A stretch of DNA of 38,962 nt from contig DNWZ01000159.1 of NCBI GenBank assembly GCA_003506095.1, forward strand, positions 1 to 38,962. The letters run 5' to 3'. Shown here in pieces: positions 10,801 through 18,206 of the stretch. Below the pieces are notes generated by a model. The model was not told where the DNA came from. It saw only the letters and a list, made by a program, of their open reading frames with translations, and did not search any database. The stretch's first letter is position 1. The number at the start of each line of letters is the position of its first letter. The stretch comes from Planctomycetaceae bacterium. Lineage in GTDB: Bacteria; Planctomycetota; Planctomycetia; Pirellulales; Pirellulaceae. Both the position numbers and the translations under genes were made by a program.

Positions 10801-11031
10801 TTTTTGCTCAATCGACATGTGTGCAGTTGAAATGGGGCCAGTGCTCAAGTGTGATTGGCCAGCTGGGGCTAAGCCAACCCACGCTAAATAACAACCAGCG
10901 ATCACAATTGCAGCGGCTGTTGCGAGCCAACGCCAATAATAAGTCGAACTACGATACTTGTGGTAATCCAGTCGGATTCGCTGGGCGCGTGTCTTGCCGG
11001 TGTACTCGGCGGGGTCGATCTGGTTTGACAT
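7891..11031 (-). CDS. Membrane-anchored multihaem cytochrome c (14 CxxCH plus 1 CxxxxCH, 15 predicted haem sites)
   Basis: N-terminal anchor 'YYWRWLATAAAIVIAGCYLAWVGLAP'. Haem motifs in order: CSACH, CQSCH, CAVCH, CVSCH, CADCH, CAACH, CRVCH, CIACH, CTPCH, CTTCH, CGTSTCH (9223-9243), CNSCH, CEACH, CVRCH, CFACH. The C-terminal roughly 450 aa is paralogous to the two cytochromes at 14.5-18.2 kb. Confidence 0.9.
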   Translation of the reverse strand: MSNQIDPAEYTGKTRAQRIRLDYHKYRSSTYYWRWLATAAAIVIAGCYLAWVGLAPAGQSHLSTGPISTAHMSIEQKCSACHVDFVPIAADAWHIEPSTAVRSTASKCQSCHQNVGPHVAALNDAGKLADQRCAVCHDEHLGRDRQLIPTFNHACVSCHEKTSAFCATKSDSQPPVNVSQFSLADHSDFASLQKLNPENADAPRIEFDHALHMNPGQVMPGQRGAMRLDRLPKEFVEKYQRPGQSLDAAVQLQCADCHEFQSSSLGLQRSGEYAWGRSSSPVKYTQHCAACHPLTLPGQRQGQWAVPHGVAVPSMRDSISGQLAASQLTGDQLWKSDGFPIRVPGSNASPPSSRQPLNDQSLEENGRAQRTELLLSRVAQQCRVCHINTDVEIAAPVPRIPQPRLRAGRFDHSAHRGVTCIACHPQADPNAQSISDPERVALRSWLAKTTGAGQSAQTDFTSTEPAPDPLITLNPGDLKMILGIASCTPCHRASQQEANSTNNQSHAALFGGLSDHAPDRCTTCHDYHSYGSTSPIQTPVQASLLDSESQDDKGGIHDISLVNTQSAQSPGTKQPPATSSHSSLTSSAGRWIGSDSCGTSTCHSGAIGSHPDWTSSQSVFEAFDPHARAGLTLSGQLSKRIVWTLDPGARDSPDRFEQVLRSRCNSCHSPIDAQGAMQAELAVPSDEKNASTDNETVTHQALAGVSCEACHGPASNWVQSHLRDDWTVSGSMRETRNFVKRIDGCVRCHVGSRVADGMVRDMNHDMIAAGHPALRFEGWSALRRLPRHAVEDRSQDGLPSLEDESELRRFLAAQAIAIRAAIQLTAQRRIDSQLESPDASLTASVWPELADFDCFACHHHLKITNFAVRPSYGHPLPHPSLLAEFIEHGLAYLGPSDVVAMNKALDTIRLRAVDIKQIKPATVSIEEIIGRYLSRLADPRPLQVEMKSLARFHSPAAAPLGVNSSITGAWYQASHWYLRSHALIRDRRVPSDRHEVAAYLGKMAEAIEFRRVQDRIGEWVIDSPEFIDIAKFRELTKRLSESVESN

Positions 11032-11061
11032 TGTAACGAATCACCGACAACCGAAAGGCAA

Positions 11062-12063
11062 CTACCAATAACGAAGCGCAAATACAATGTGCGCGAGAAG
11101 AAGCACGCACAGTCCGACGGAAAGACCGATGTGATACGGCAGCCACATGTGCAGCCAGTGGTGGAGGCGTTTTTGTAAACTGAATTGCCGCCTCTGGTCG
11201 GTCAATCTTTCCAACGGGCCGATCACACGCTCGGCATCAGCCGAACAGGCCTGTCGCAACATCCCGAACCAGCCCGAAGCACGAATCGGGTCGCCGAATA
11301 CCCGGCCGGATGTTACACCATCCAGCAGGAACGGCTTCAATTCATCATAGGCATTCCATAACGAACGCGAGTCGTCTTGTTCGGCGGTGGCAGCCCTGCT
11401 TTCCTGATAACCCTCCCGTCGTCGTCCAGCTTCCCGGGGTGCGCCAATAACAATCATTCGTGTCATTTGCACTTCGGGGTCGCTGCCAAGTAATTCACGG
11501 AATCGCGTCATTTCGCCAATGCCTAATTGCTGCGTCATCACCGCATCGCGAGTGCCACAGGTTGCATTGAGCAACTGATCCGCTTCCAGGACAATCGATC
11601 GAGAAATATTTTCGATCTCACCATAAATCGTTTCACCTGGGACCTGTTTCAGCAACATTCGTGGGATCATGTTCTGTAACGCTAGGCCGATCGCCCCGCT
11701 GGCCACCGTCAACACCAAGGCCAAAATCAAAAGTGTCGACAACCATCCGCCCCAGTGGAATCCGGAATGAACAATCGCAATCGGCAAGCAGACGATTCCG
11801 AACCAAATGTGAGCGGAAAGCCAATACTTGACGCGAACCAATCTCATTCGCCGCAGTGCTTTGCGTGGCCACAGCCCCATCTCGAAGAAGATGATCATTG
11901 CCGCTACCGACCCGAGAACCAATCCTGGCAGACTGCCACCACCTAGCAATCTACCTGCGAGCCAAGATTCCGCGAGGTACCAAGCAGTTAGGCCCAAAAA
12001 AAGTATCATCGCTAGCGTTATCGCAACGGCATGCATTCGCCAACTAGATCGATCAATCAACAT
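11062..12063 (-). CDS. Integral membrane protein with about 5 TM helices and His-rich helices; possible b-haem or other electron-transfer membrane subunit
   Basis: Hydrophobic segments 'AVAITLAMILFLGLTAWYLA', 'GLVLGSVAAMIIFFEMGLW', 'WLSAHIWFGIVCLPIAIVHSGFHW', 'LSTLLILALVLTVASGAIGLAL' and a C-terminal 'HHWLHMWLPYHIGLSVGLCVLLLAHIVFAL'. The ATG is at 12063, and a 30-nt spacer separates it from the cytochrome gene. Confidence 0.7.
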   Translation of the reverse strand: MLIDRSSWRMHAVAITLAMILFLGLTAWYLAESWLAGRLLGGGSLPGLVLGSVAAMIIFFEMGLWPRKALRRMRLVRVKYWLSAHIWFGIVCLPIAIVHSGFHWGGWLSTLLILALVLTVASGAIGLALQNMIPRMLLKQVPGETIYGEIENISRSIVLEADQLLNATCGTRDAVMTQQLGIGEMTRFRELLGSDPEVQMTRMIVIGAPREAGRRREGYQESRAATAEQDDSRSLWNAYDELKPFLLDGVTSGRVFGDPIRASGWFGMLRQACSADAERVIGPLERLTDQRRQFSLQKRLHHWLHMWLPYHIGLSVGLCVLLLAHIVFALRYW

Positions 12064-12206
12064 GCGGTTTGCAACTAAGAAAAAGGCTTCGTGTCACCGC
12101 TTGGCCAGTGATGAGCTCGGTCTAACAATTAGCTTATCATCTCGCAGGTTCCCAATTCAACAGAATCATTACAAGATTACTGTTTTCCCTCTAAGAACCT
12201 CTCCGG

Positions 12207-12258
12207 AAAGGGGGCTGACCCTTTGAAGGCAACTCGCCGGAGAGGGTCAGCCCCCTTT
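12207..12258 (-). terminator. GC-rich perfect 16-bp inverted repeat (AAAGGGGGCTGACCCT / AGGGTCAGCCCCCTTT) with a 20-nt loop; possible terminator or attenuator between the cyclase gene and the downstream operon
   Basis: The arms at 12207-12222 and 12243-12258 were read directly. The right arm contains the last codons and the TGA (12247-12249) of the cyclase gene. Only a short T-run follows on either strand. Confidence 0.35.
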
Positions 12259-14241
12259 TCGAATAGGCTCTAAATCCCAAATCGTATCCGTCTGGCTGGA
12301 AGGATCCGTTAGCGCCCTGGCCGACTCAACCAACAGACGCGCACTGGGGCGATCATCCTTATAGTTTTGAACTAATCGCCCTAATCGATGAACCGATTCA
12401 CCTGGCCTGCCTGCCTCATAGTCAGCCAATGCAGATTCATATTCATCTTTCAGCAGCAACCATTGTGGGGTTGCAATTGAAACACATTGATAGACCTCGA
12501 CAGGTTGCCGGATTCCACCAAGTCGAATCCTTGACAGCCGGCGAAGGTTTTCGCGTGTTGACAAGCTTCCCACCGTTGCTGCGGACACGATACATTGCAC
12601 TCCCATTTGCTTACAGGCCCCCTGCAAGCGACTTCCGATGTTCACCGTGTTTCCCAGGACTCCGTATTTGAACTTCAGCCTGCTTCCAACATTACCGACC
12701 CGTGCCGGGCCGCTATTGATCCCGATGCCTATATCCAGTTCAATCCCCAACTGTTCACGCCATTTGTCTCTAAGGTCATCAGTAACAACCAGCATTTGTC
12801 GTGCTGCTGCGATCGCGCGTGCGGCATGGTCAGCCTGCGCTTCAGGCGCTCCCCACATCGCAAAAAGCTCGTCGCCAACATAGTCGACCAATACACCATC
12901 CTCGTCGACCACACATTGGCTTAAGTCGGAAAGGACATCGTTGATCAGTGCGATTGTCCGTTCCGGACTAAACATCTCGGAAATGGCACTGAACCCGCGC
13001 ACATCACAAAATAAAACCGAAACATCTGTATCCCGACCGACCAGCATTTCAGGACGTTTGGCCAACATCGAGGCGACACGAGGTGAGAAGAATTCGGATA
13101 GGTTGGCATGCGATCGCTCAGCCGCTTGCCGTGCCATCCCTACTGCGACCGCCGCAGCCAGTGTTTCAGCCAATAGACCTTCCAGCTCGGTGACTCGGTG
13201 GTCTCGCCCTGCACGCTGAACCCATCGCTCACCATATAAAACCGCAGCAATGCGGCCGTGTCGGTCGATCACTGGCGCAGCGACCACACTGTGGGATGGC
13301 CCAAACGCTTGATCGGGAGCTTCGCGTCCAAGGTCAAAAATTTGCGTTGTCGTCAATTCGAGAACCCGATTGAGAACCGTTGAATTGACTGTTGGCCTTT
13401 GTTTTTGCGAGACCGGTTGGGAAAGTTGCTCACCGCGCGAGACCCATTTGACCCGTCGTCCGCTTAACGTCCCCGGGACTCCTCGAATCTCGGACAGGCC
13501 GCCACTTGGATCAGACAGCCCCGTTGGCAAATCGGCAATCTCAAAGACAAGTGAACTCAATACCGACTGACTGTTAGCAGTATTGGAAGGCATTGCGCTG
13601 GATTGCTGAGGAACCATCAATACAGCACGATCTAAGTAGTCGTCCGATCCAGCCGCTTCGGTGACGGCCCGCAACGCCTTCCTCAGCAGGCGAACCACGT
13701 TCAAATGATCCAGCGGCCCTTGCCCCCCGTCTAGAGGGCGAATCAACAGTGCCATGCTCGACTGAATATCAAGCTCACCCAACGTGTCGCGACGCGAAAC
13801 CGCACTGTCCCCTCGCGGCAGCGTGTCTCTGCGAGCATAAATGCCATTGGGTTGATCGTTGTCCCATTGTGGGGGTGAGCCCGACGTTTCCGGAACAATT
13901 CTTAAACAATGGCTTCGATACAGAAGGATTTCAGTTGCGGCAGTCAATTTCAACGACTTGGAACCACCGGGCGGCACGCGACACTCCGGATCGGCAACGC
14001 AAACGTCACGAGTCCGATGGATATTGTCGATTCGAACCGTATCGACATCTAAAGCGTGAATCACAAACCAACGTCGAGGAATCGTCGTTATATCTGTCGA
14101 CGCGATTAGAAATCGATTCGCCTCCCCCTCCCGTGGTTCGCCTGCCTGCTGGCGACCGATTTCTAAGTGAGAAATCAATTCGACCCGGCTAAGCTCTGTA
14201 ATGTCTTGAAACAACTGAACTAGAATGCCCAAACCTTCCAC
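12247..14241 (-). CDS. Class III adenylate/guanylate cyclase with N-terminal FHA-like and central GAF-like regions
   Basis: Cyclase homology domain (about 12472-13029): 'VSVLFCDVRGFSAISEMF', 'LVDYVGDELFAMWGAP', 'IGIGINSGPARVGNVGS', 'KYGVLGNTVNIGSRLQG'. The GAF-like stretch is 'VVAAPVIDRHGRIAAVLYGERW'. The start codon at 14241 is GTG, so the exact start is uncertain. Confidence 0.88.
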   Translation of the reverse strand: MEGLGILVQLFQDITELSRVELISHLEIGRQQAGEPREGEANRFLIASTDITTIPRRWFVIHALDVDTVRIDNIHRTRDVCVADPECRVPPGGSKSLKLTAATEILLYRSHCLRIVPETSGSPPQWDNDQPNGIYARRDTLPRGDSAVSRRDTLGELDIQSSMALLIRPLDGGQGPLDHLNVVRLLRKALRAVTEAAGSDDYLDRAVLMVPQQSSAMPSNTANSQSVLSSLVFEIADLPTGLSDPSGGLSEIRGVPGTLSGRRVKWVSRGEQLSQPVSQKQRPTVNSTVLNRVLELTTTQIFDLGREAPDQAFGPSHSVVAAPVIDRHGRIAAVLYGERWVQRAGRDHRVTELEGLLAETLAAAVAVGMARQAAERSHANLSEFFSPRVASMLAKRPEMLVGRDTDVSVLFCDVRGFSAISEMFSPERTIALINDVLSDLSQCVVDEDGVLVDYVGDELFAMWGAPEAQADHAARAIAAARQMLVVTDDLRDKWREQLGIELDIGIGINSGPARVGNVGSRLKFKYGVLGNTVNIGSRLQGACKQMGVQCIVSAATVGSLSTRENLRRLSRIRLGGIRQPVEVYQCVSIATPQWLLLKDEYESALADYEAGRPGESVHRLGRLVQNYKDDRPSARLLVESARALTDPSSQTDTIWDLEPIRKGG

Positions 14242-14582
14242 CCTCTTCGAAGAATCACCACGCTAAACCGACAGAATCAGAAAAAACGCTTCGTTTTAGC
14301 AATAATTTCGTTGATCATCGATGTTCAGTTTGAATGCTTCTCCTAGCTTAACTAAACTGAGTTGTCGGATCCGCCATGCCACATTAGTAATGCGCCATTT
14401 TTATTCGATTTGTTTTTTTGTCAGATAAAGCCCGATTCGACGGGCGTTTGCTCCAAACCATTCTTGGGATATCGAATAATTAAAGCGTCTATCATCCGTT
14501 GTGCATCGCCCGTCTGTTTTGAGTGTCATTTCGTCAAGTTGTTTCGACAGGTTGTTGGGTCTATCAATTGCAAGCGTATAGC

Positions 14583-16367
14583 ATGAGCCAGTGCAACCAA
14601 GAATCGACCAACTGCTCGATTGACTCAATCCTATCTTGTTTTTTGCTAGAACCGTGGGCAGAGCTAACTCGATTGAGGTCGACAGATCGATTGTGCCGCC
14701 CGAGGGTCGTGATCGCTTGCTTGCTGATGCCTCTGTTTTTGTTGTTCGCTGAATCGGTCGCTCACGGCCAGAATCCGCACAGCTCTACTGTAGCATCTTC
14801 GGTGGTGGCGCTTTATCGAGTCGATCTTGAGCCGCTTGCCGCAACCAGTTGTTCGGCTTCGGCATGCCATGGAGGTCCCCGGCCAGGGATCGTCCAGCCG
14901 TCTTCCGCTGGTCAGTCCGCTTATGGACTGTGGCTTGAACGCGACCCGCACGCTCGTTCTTGGCAAACCATTTGCAGCTCTGAAAGCGTTGCAATGATGA
15001 CACGCTTGGGCATCTTACGTGGTGAACAAATTGTTGACCAAGCTGGTTTTGACAATTGCATGGCTTGCCACAACAGCCATCGCAGTGAGTCCGGGCCTGC
15101 GGCCACCACGACTGATCAGCGCGGCTTATCGATAAGCGATAATCGTCGAGCCCCGTCGTCTTCAGAGTTTCGATTTCCTCGGCATACGGAAGGAGTCGGG
15201 TGTGCAGGCTGCCACGGTCCGGCAGAACAGTGGGTGAACGAGCACTATTTGGCATCTTGGCGACCTCAAGACGCGATTGAGCAGGGCTTCGTTCCCAATG
15301 ATGATTTGTTAACACGAGCGAGAATGTGTGCATCTTGCCATGTTGGTGATCACGATCGTGATATGAATCACGACATCATTGCCGCTGGTCACCCCGCACT
15401 GCGATTCGAGATGGCATCCCACCACAGCCGATTGCCGAAACATTGGCGCGATGATCAAGCCGGTGACCTTGCTGGCTTTGAGGCTAAGCTTTGGGCCGCC
15501 GGGGCTGTGGCGTCCGCCGATGCCTGGCTAGCGTTGCAACAAGGTCGCGCTGGCGGAAAGACGGCGGTCAGCACATGGCCCGAATTCGCCGCCAATGATT
15601 GTTCATCATGCCACCAGTCGCTGCGTCTCAACAGCGATCGCGATCCGCTATCGGATCCCCATCGCCGCGGTGCCGCTAAGATCGCTCGTTGGGACGTGGG
15701 CGCGTTGCAGTTGTGGGCCAGGGCGAGTCACGATCAATCCGACGATGACTATCGCGTCACCCCATCCATGCTGCTGCACCAACTCGATTTGGTACAGGCG
15801 ACCATTGAGGTGATGCACTCACCCGATCGCGCGGCATTCGGTCGGGTGTCAATGGATTTGAGACAATCGTTACCCAAGCGGTTTCAATCGCAAGCTTTTG
15901 CTCCCAACACGCGTGGCAATCCCAGTCTCGGTTCTTACAGCACGCGGCCGCCAGATCCGATTTTTGCTCCGCAGTTGAGCGATTTACTCATGCGATCGGC
16001 CGGTTCGGATATCGCAACAGAAACCTGGGAAGCCGCAGGCCAGGTTTACCTTTTGATCGCAGCATCTCGCTACGAGTGGACAAAGTCCAATGGAAGCCAA
16101 TTGCATTCGCTCGCCGGATCCATTCGTCGCGGATTGTCGCTGCCACCGGAAATCGATTCTCCTCGCTATTCGCTCTCATCTCCGTTGGGCTCGGAACTGA
16201 CACGCGAACAGATTCGCCAACTGGTTGAACAAGTTCTTCGTACGTTAGACTCGACGAAGCCATCACGTCCTCATTCGGTCGAATCATTGCTCAATCACCT
16301 CACGCCTGCCGCTGTCGATAGGCGACCGGCTTTAATCAAGGATGCGTCGCATGCCAGCGTCCGCTAA
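14583..16367 (+). CDS. Secreted pentahaem cytochrome c, paralogue of the C-terminal module of the 15-haem protein
   Basis: Signal-like 'RPRVVIACLLMPLFLLFAESVAHG'. Haem sites CSASACH (CxxxxCH, 14850-14870), CMACH, CAGCH, CASCH, CSSCH. Family motif 'CHVGDHDRDMNHDIIAAGHPALRFE'. The track start at 14523 is GTG; the first ATG is at 14583. Confidence 0.85.
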   Translation: MSQCNQESTNCSIDSILSCFLLEPWAELTRLRSTDRLCRPRVVIACLLMPLFLLFAESVAHGQNPHSSTVASSVVALYRVDLEPLAATSCSASACHGGPRPGIVQPSSAGQSAYGLWLERDPHARSWQTICSSESVAMMTRLGILRGEQIVDQAGFDNCMACHNSHRSESGPAATTTDQRGLSISDNRRAPSSSEFRFPRHTEGVGCAGCHGPAEQWVNEHYLASWRPQDAIEQGFVPNDDLLTRARMCASCHVGDHDRDMNHDIIAAGHPALRFEMASHHSRLPKHWRDDQAGDLAGFEAKLWAAGAVASADAWLALQQGRAGGKTAVSTWPEFAANDCSSCHQSLRLNSDRDPLSDPHRRGAAKIARWDVGALQLWARASHDQSDDDYRVTPSMLLHQLDLVQATIEVMHSPDRAAFGRVSMDLRQSLPKRFQSQAFAPNTRGNPSLGSYSTRPPDPIFAPQLSDLLMRSAGSDIATETWEAAGQVYLLIAASRYEWTKSNGSQLHSLAGSIRRGLSLPPEIDSPRYSLSSPLGSELTREQIRQLVEQVLRTLDSTKPSRPHSVESLLNHLTPAAVDRRPALIKDASHASVR

Positions 16368-18180
16368 TCAGTTTCGATGGGGTCTTATGGCTGTCATCGC
16401 ATGCCCAGTGCGAGATTCAATCGTTTTGGGACTTACTCTGATTGCACTCCTTGCGATGAATGTCGCTCAAACATCAGCGCAAGTAATCGACGATGATCCG
16501 GTTTCCGAAGCATGGCGTGGCTTTCCTGAAACGTTTGCATGCCAGTCATGTCACGCAAATGCTGAGCCGATCGCTATCACCAGTTTTGCCGACCCACGAC
16601 AGCGTCTGCGCGGCGACGTTTCGCAACAAAACGAAATGTTTCGTTGGGTTCGTGATGACAAGCACGCCATCGCACGCCTACGCGTCGAACCGCTGCGTCC
16701 AGTGGAAGTCCAAGCCGAACGGCAGAAGGTTGCTGATACATTTCGCTTCACCGATCCCAGTGGGCCCGATAAATGGGTTGGTCAAAGCAACGTGCTCAGT
16801 CGTCGGATCTGCGACGCGCTGGGCTTCGATGTGGATCGTCCAGATGGCTACCAGAAGTTTGCTGAGTCCTGCTTGACCTGTCATGGCGGTTATGATCCAT
16901 CAGCAGGGCCTCAGCCAGCATTCGCAAAATCGGCTGACTTGAAAGAGTTGCAACCGGGAATCAGTTGCCTCGCTTGTCACCAGGAAACTGGTGGTGTGTC
17001 CGGTGGAATTGCAAAAGATGCATGGGTCTTAACGCATGCCTCGTTGACGGATCAAAAAAAGGGCTGGCGACTCTTGCCCCCAGAGGCGAAATCAGCGCAG
17101 GGAATGCGTGACCTTACAACAACTTCCAAGCAAGTGGATCTGTGTATCGACTGTCACGTCGGAAATGTTTCTAAGGGGATGTTCGTCAACCATGCGATGT
17201 ATGCCGCTGGCCACCCGCCATTGCCAAACTTTGAGATGGAAACTTTTTGTCGCTCAATGCCCCGGCATTGGCGTACGGAGTCTGAGCAATTGCAGGCATT
17301 TGAAGAAGCGAATTACCCCGGCAAAGAAGCTTACTTTGCGGTCAACTTTCCTGAGTTCACCACTCGCCTCACAGCCTCAGGCAGTTCACTTTCCGATGTC
17401 CCATGGGACACGCGTCGATCGCTTGTCGGGGCGGTCGCGGTCAGGCGTCGGATCGCTGAAATGCTCGTCCAGGCTGCAAGCTCGGATAATCTTTGGGGCG
17501 ATTACTCATTCTACGATTGCGGTGCATGCCACCATGAGTTGCGACGACCAAGTCTTCGTCAATTGCGAGGTTTTCCCGGTGCGCCGGGACGCCCTCGATT
17601 ACACGAGTGGCCAGATATCATCTTGGAAACCGTTGCACCCTCAAGCACCCCAGCGGCTGCCCAAAAGAAGTTGCTGCAATTAGTATCCGCAGTGCCGTTT
17701 GGGGATAAGCTCGCTTGCGGCAAAGCAGCTGACGAACTGTTCTCGTCAATGAACGAACCCGTGAAGAGAATTGAATCCGAGTTCGGAACCCGGCGGCAGC
17801 ACGCTTGGACGCTGATCGAACGTTTAAGTCGTGTTGGTCAAGCAGAGCTCCTCGACTACGCCACCGGTCGACAAGTGATGTGGTCGATCTTGGTTGCAGT
17901 CGATGAATTGAGCAGGGCAAAAGATCTGCCAGCAGAAGATGCCCCGAAGCTCCAGGCAATTACTGCGGTTACTGACGCTTGGCGAGTCCCCAGCACCAAC
18001 CAAGGCCGATTGGTATCTACTACGTCCGTTGGCATTGCAACTGAATTGCCAGCCGGTCGCGGAATGTTTATCTTCCGAGAGAATCTTTATGAGGAACTGG
18101 AGCGTCGGGCAAACTACGAGCCTACTGCTCTGTATGAATCACTGCAGCGAATTCATCGAGCATTCATCCCGTCGCCCTAA
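16342..18180 (+). CDS. Secreted pentahaem cytochrome c, second paralogue
   Basis: Signal-like 'IVLGLTLIALLAMNVAQTSAQV'. Haem sites CQSCH, CLTCH, CLACH, CIDCH, CGACH. Family motif 'CHVGNVSKGMFVNHAMYAAGHPPLPNFE'. Possible ATGs are at 16342, 16351 and 16387; the first two overlap the upstream stop (16365-16367). Confidence 0.85.
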   Translation: MRRMPASANQFRWGLMAVIACPVRDSIVLGLTLIALLAMNVAQTSAQVIDDDPVSEAWRGFPETFACQSCHANAEPIAITSFADPRQRLRGDVSQQNEMFRWVRDDKHAIARLRVEPLRPVEVQAERQKVADTFRFTDPSGPDKWVGQSNVLSRRICDALGFDVDRPDGYQKFAESCLTCHGGYDPSAGPQPAFAKSADLKELQPGISCLACHQETGGVSGGIAKDAWVLTHASLTDQKKGWRLLPPEAKSAQGMRDLTTTSKQVDLCIDCHVGNVSKGMFVNHAMYAAGHPPLPNFEMETFCRSMPRHWRTESEQLQAFEEANYPGKEAYFAVNFPEFTTRLTASGSSLSDVPWDTRRSLVGAVAVRRRIAEMLVQAASSDNLWGDYSFYDCGACHHELRRPSLRQLRGFPGAPGRPRLHEWPDIILETVAPSSTPAAAQKKLLQLVSAVPFGDKLACGKAADELFSSMNEPVKRIESEFGTRRQHAWTLIERLSRVGQAELLDYATGRQVMWSILVAVDELSRAKDLPAEDAPKLQAITAVTDAWRVPSTNQGRLVSTTSVGIATELPAGRGMFIFRENLYEELERRANYEPTALYESLQRIHRAFIPSP

Positions 18181-18206
18181 CGGACGACGAATCGTGATTG
18201 CCAGCG

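Noticed and set aside
14242-14582. AT-richer divergent intergenic region between the cyclase and cytochrome genes, with small hairpins (e.g. AAAACG-CTT-CGTTTT at 14283-14297) and two roughly 75-aa ORFs
   Set aside because: It presumably contains two divergent promoters, but I cannot identify -35/-10 or operator elements with any confidence for this phylum. The small ORFs lack coding features.
14785-15333. 182-aa minus-strand ORF and the 17108-17683 alternative-frame ORF within the pentahaem cytochrome genes
   Set aside because: The CxxCH-bearing frames explain the region. The alternative frames have Arg/Ser/Cys-rich composition typical of off-frame translation of GC-rich DNA.
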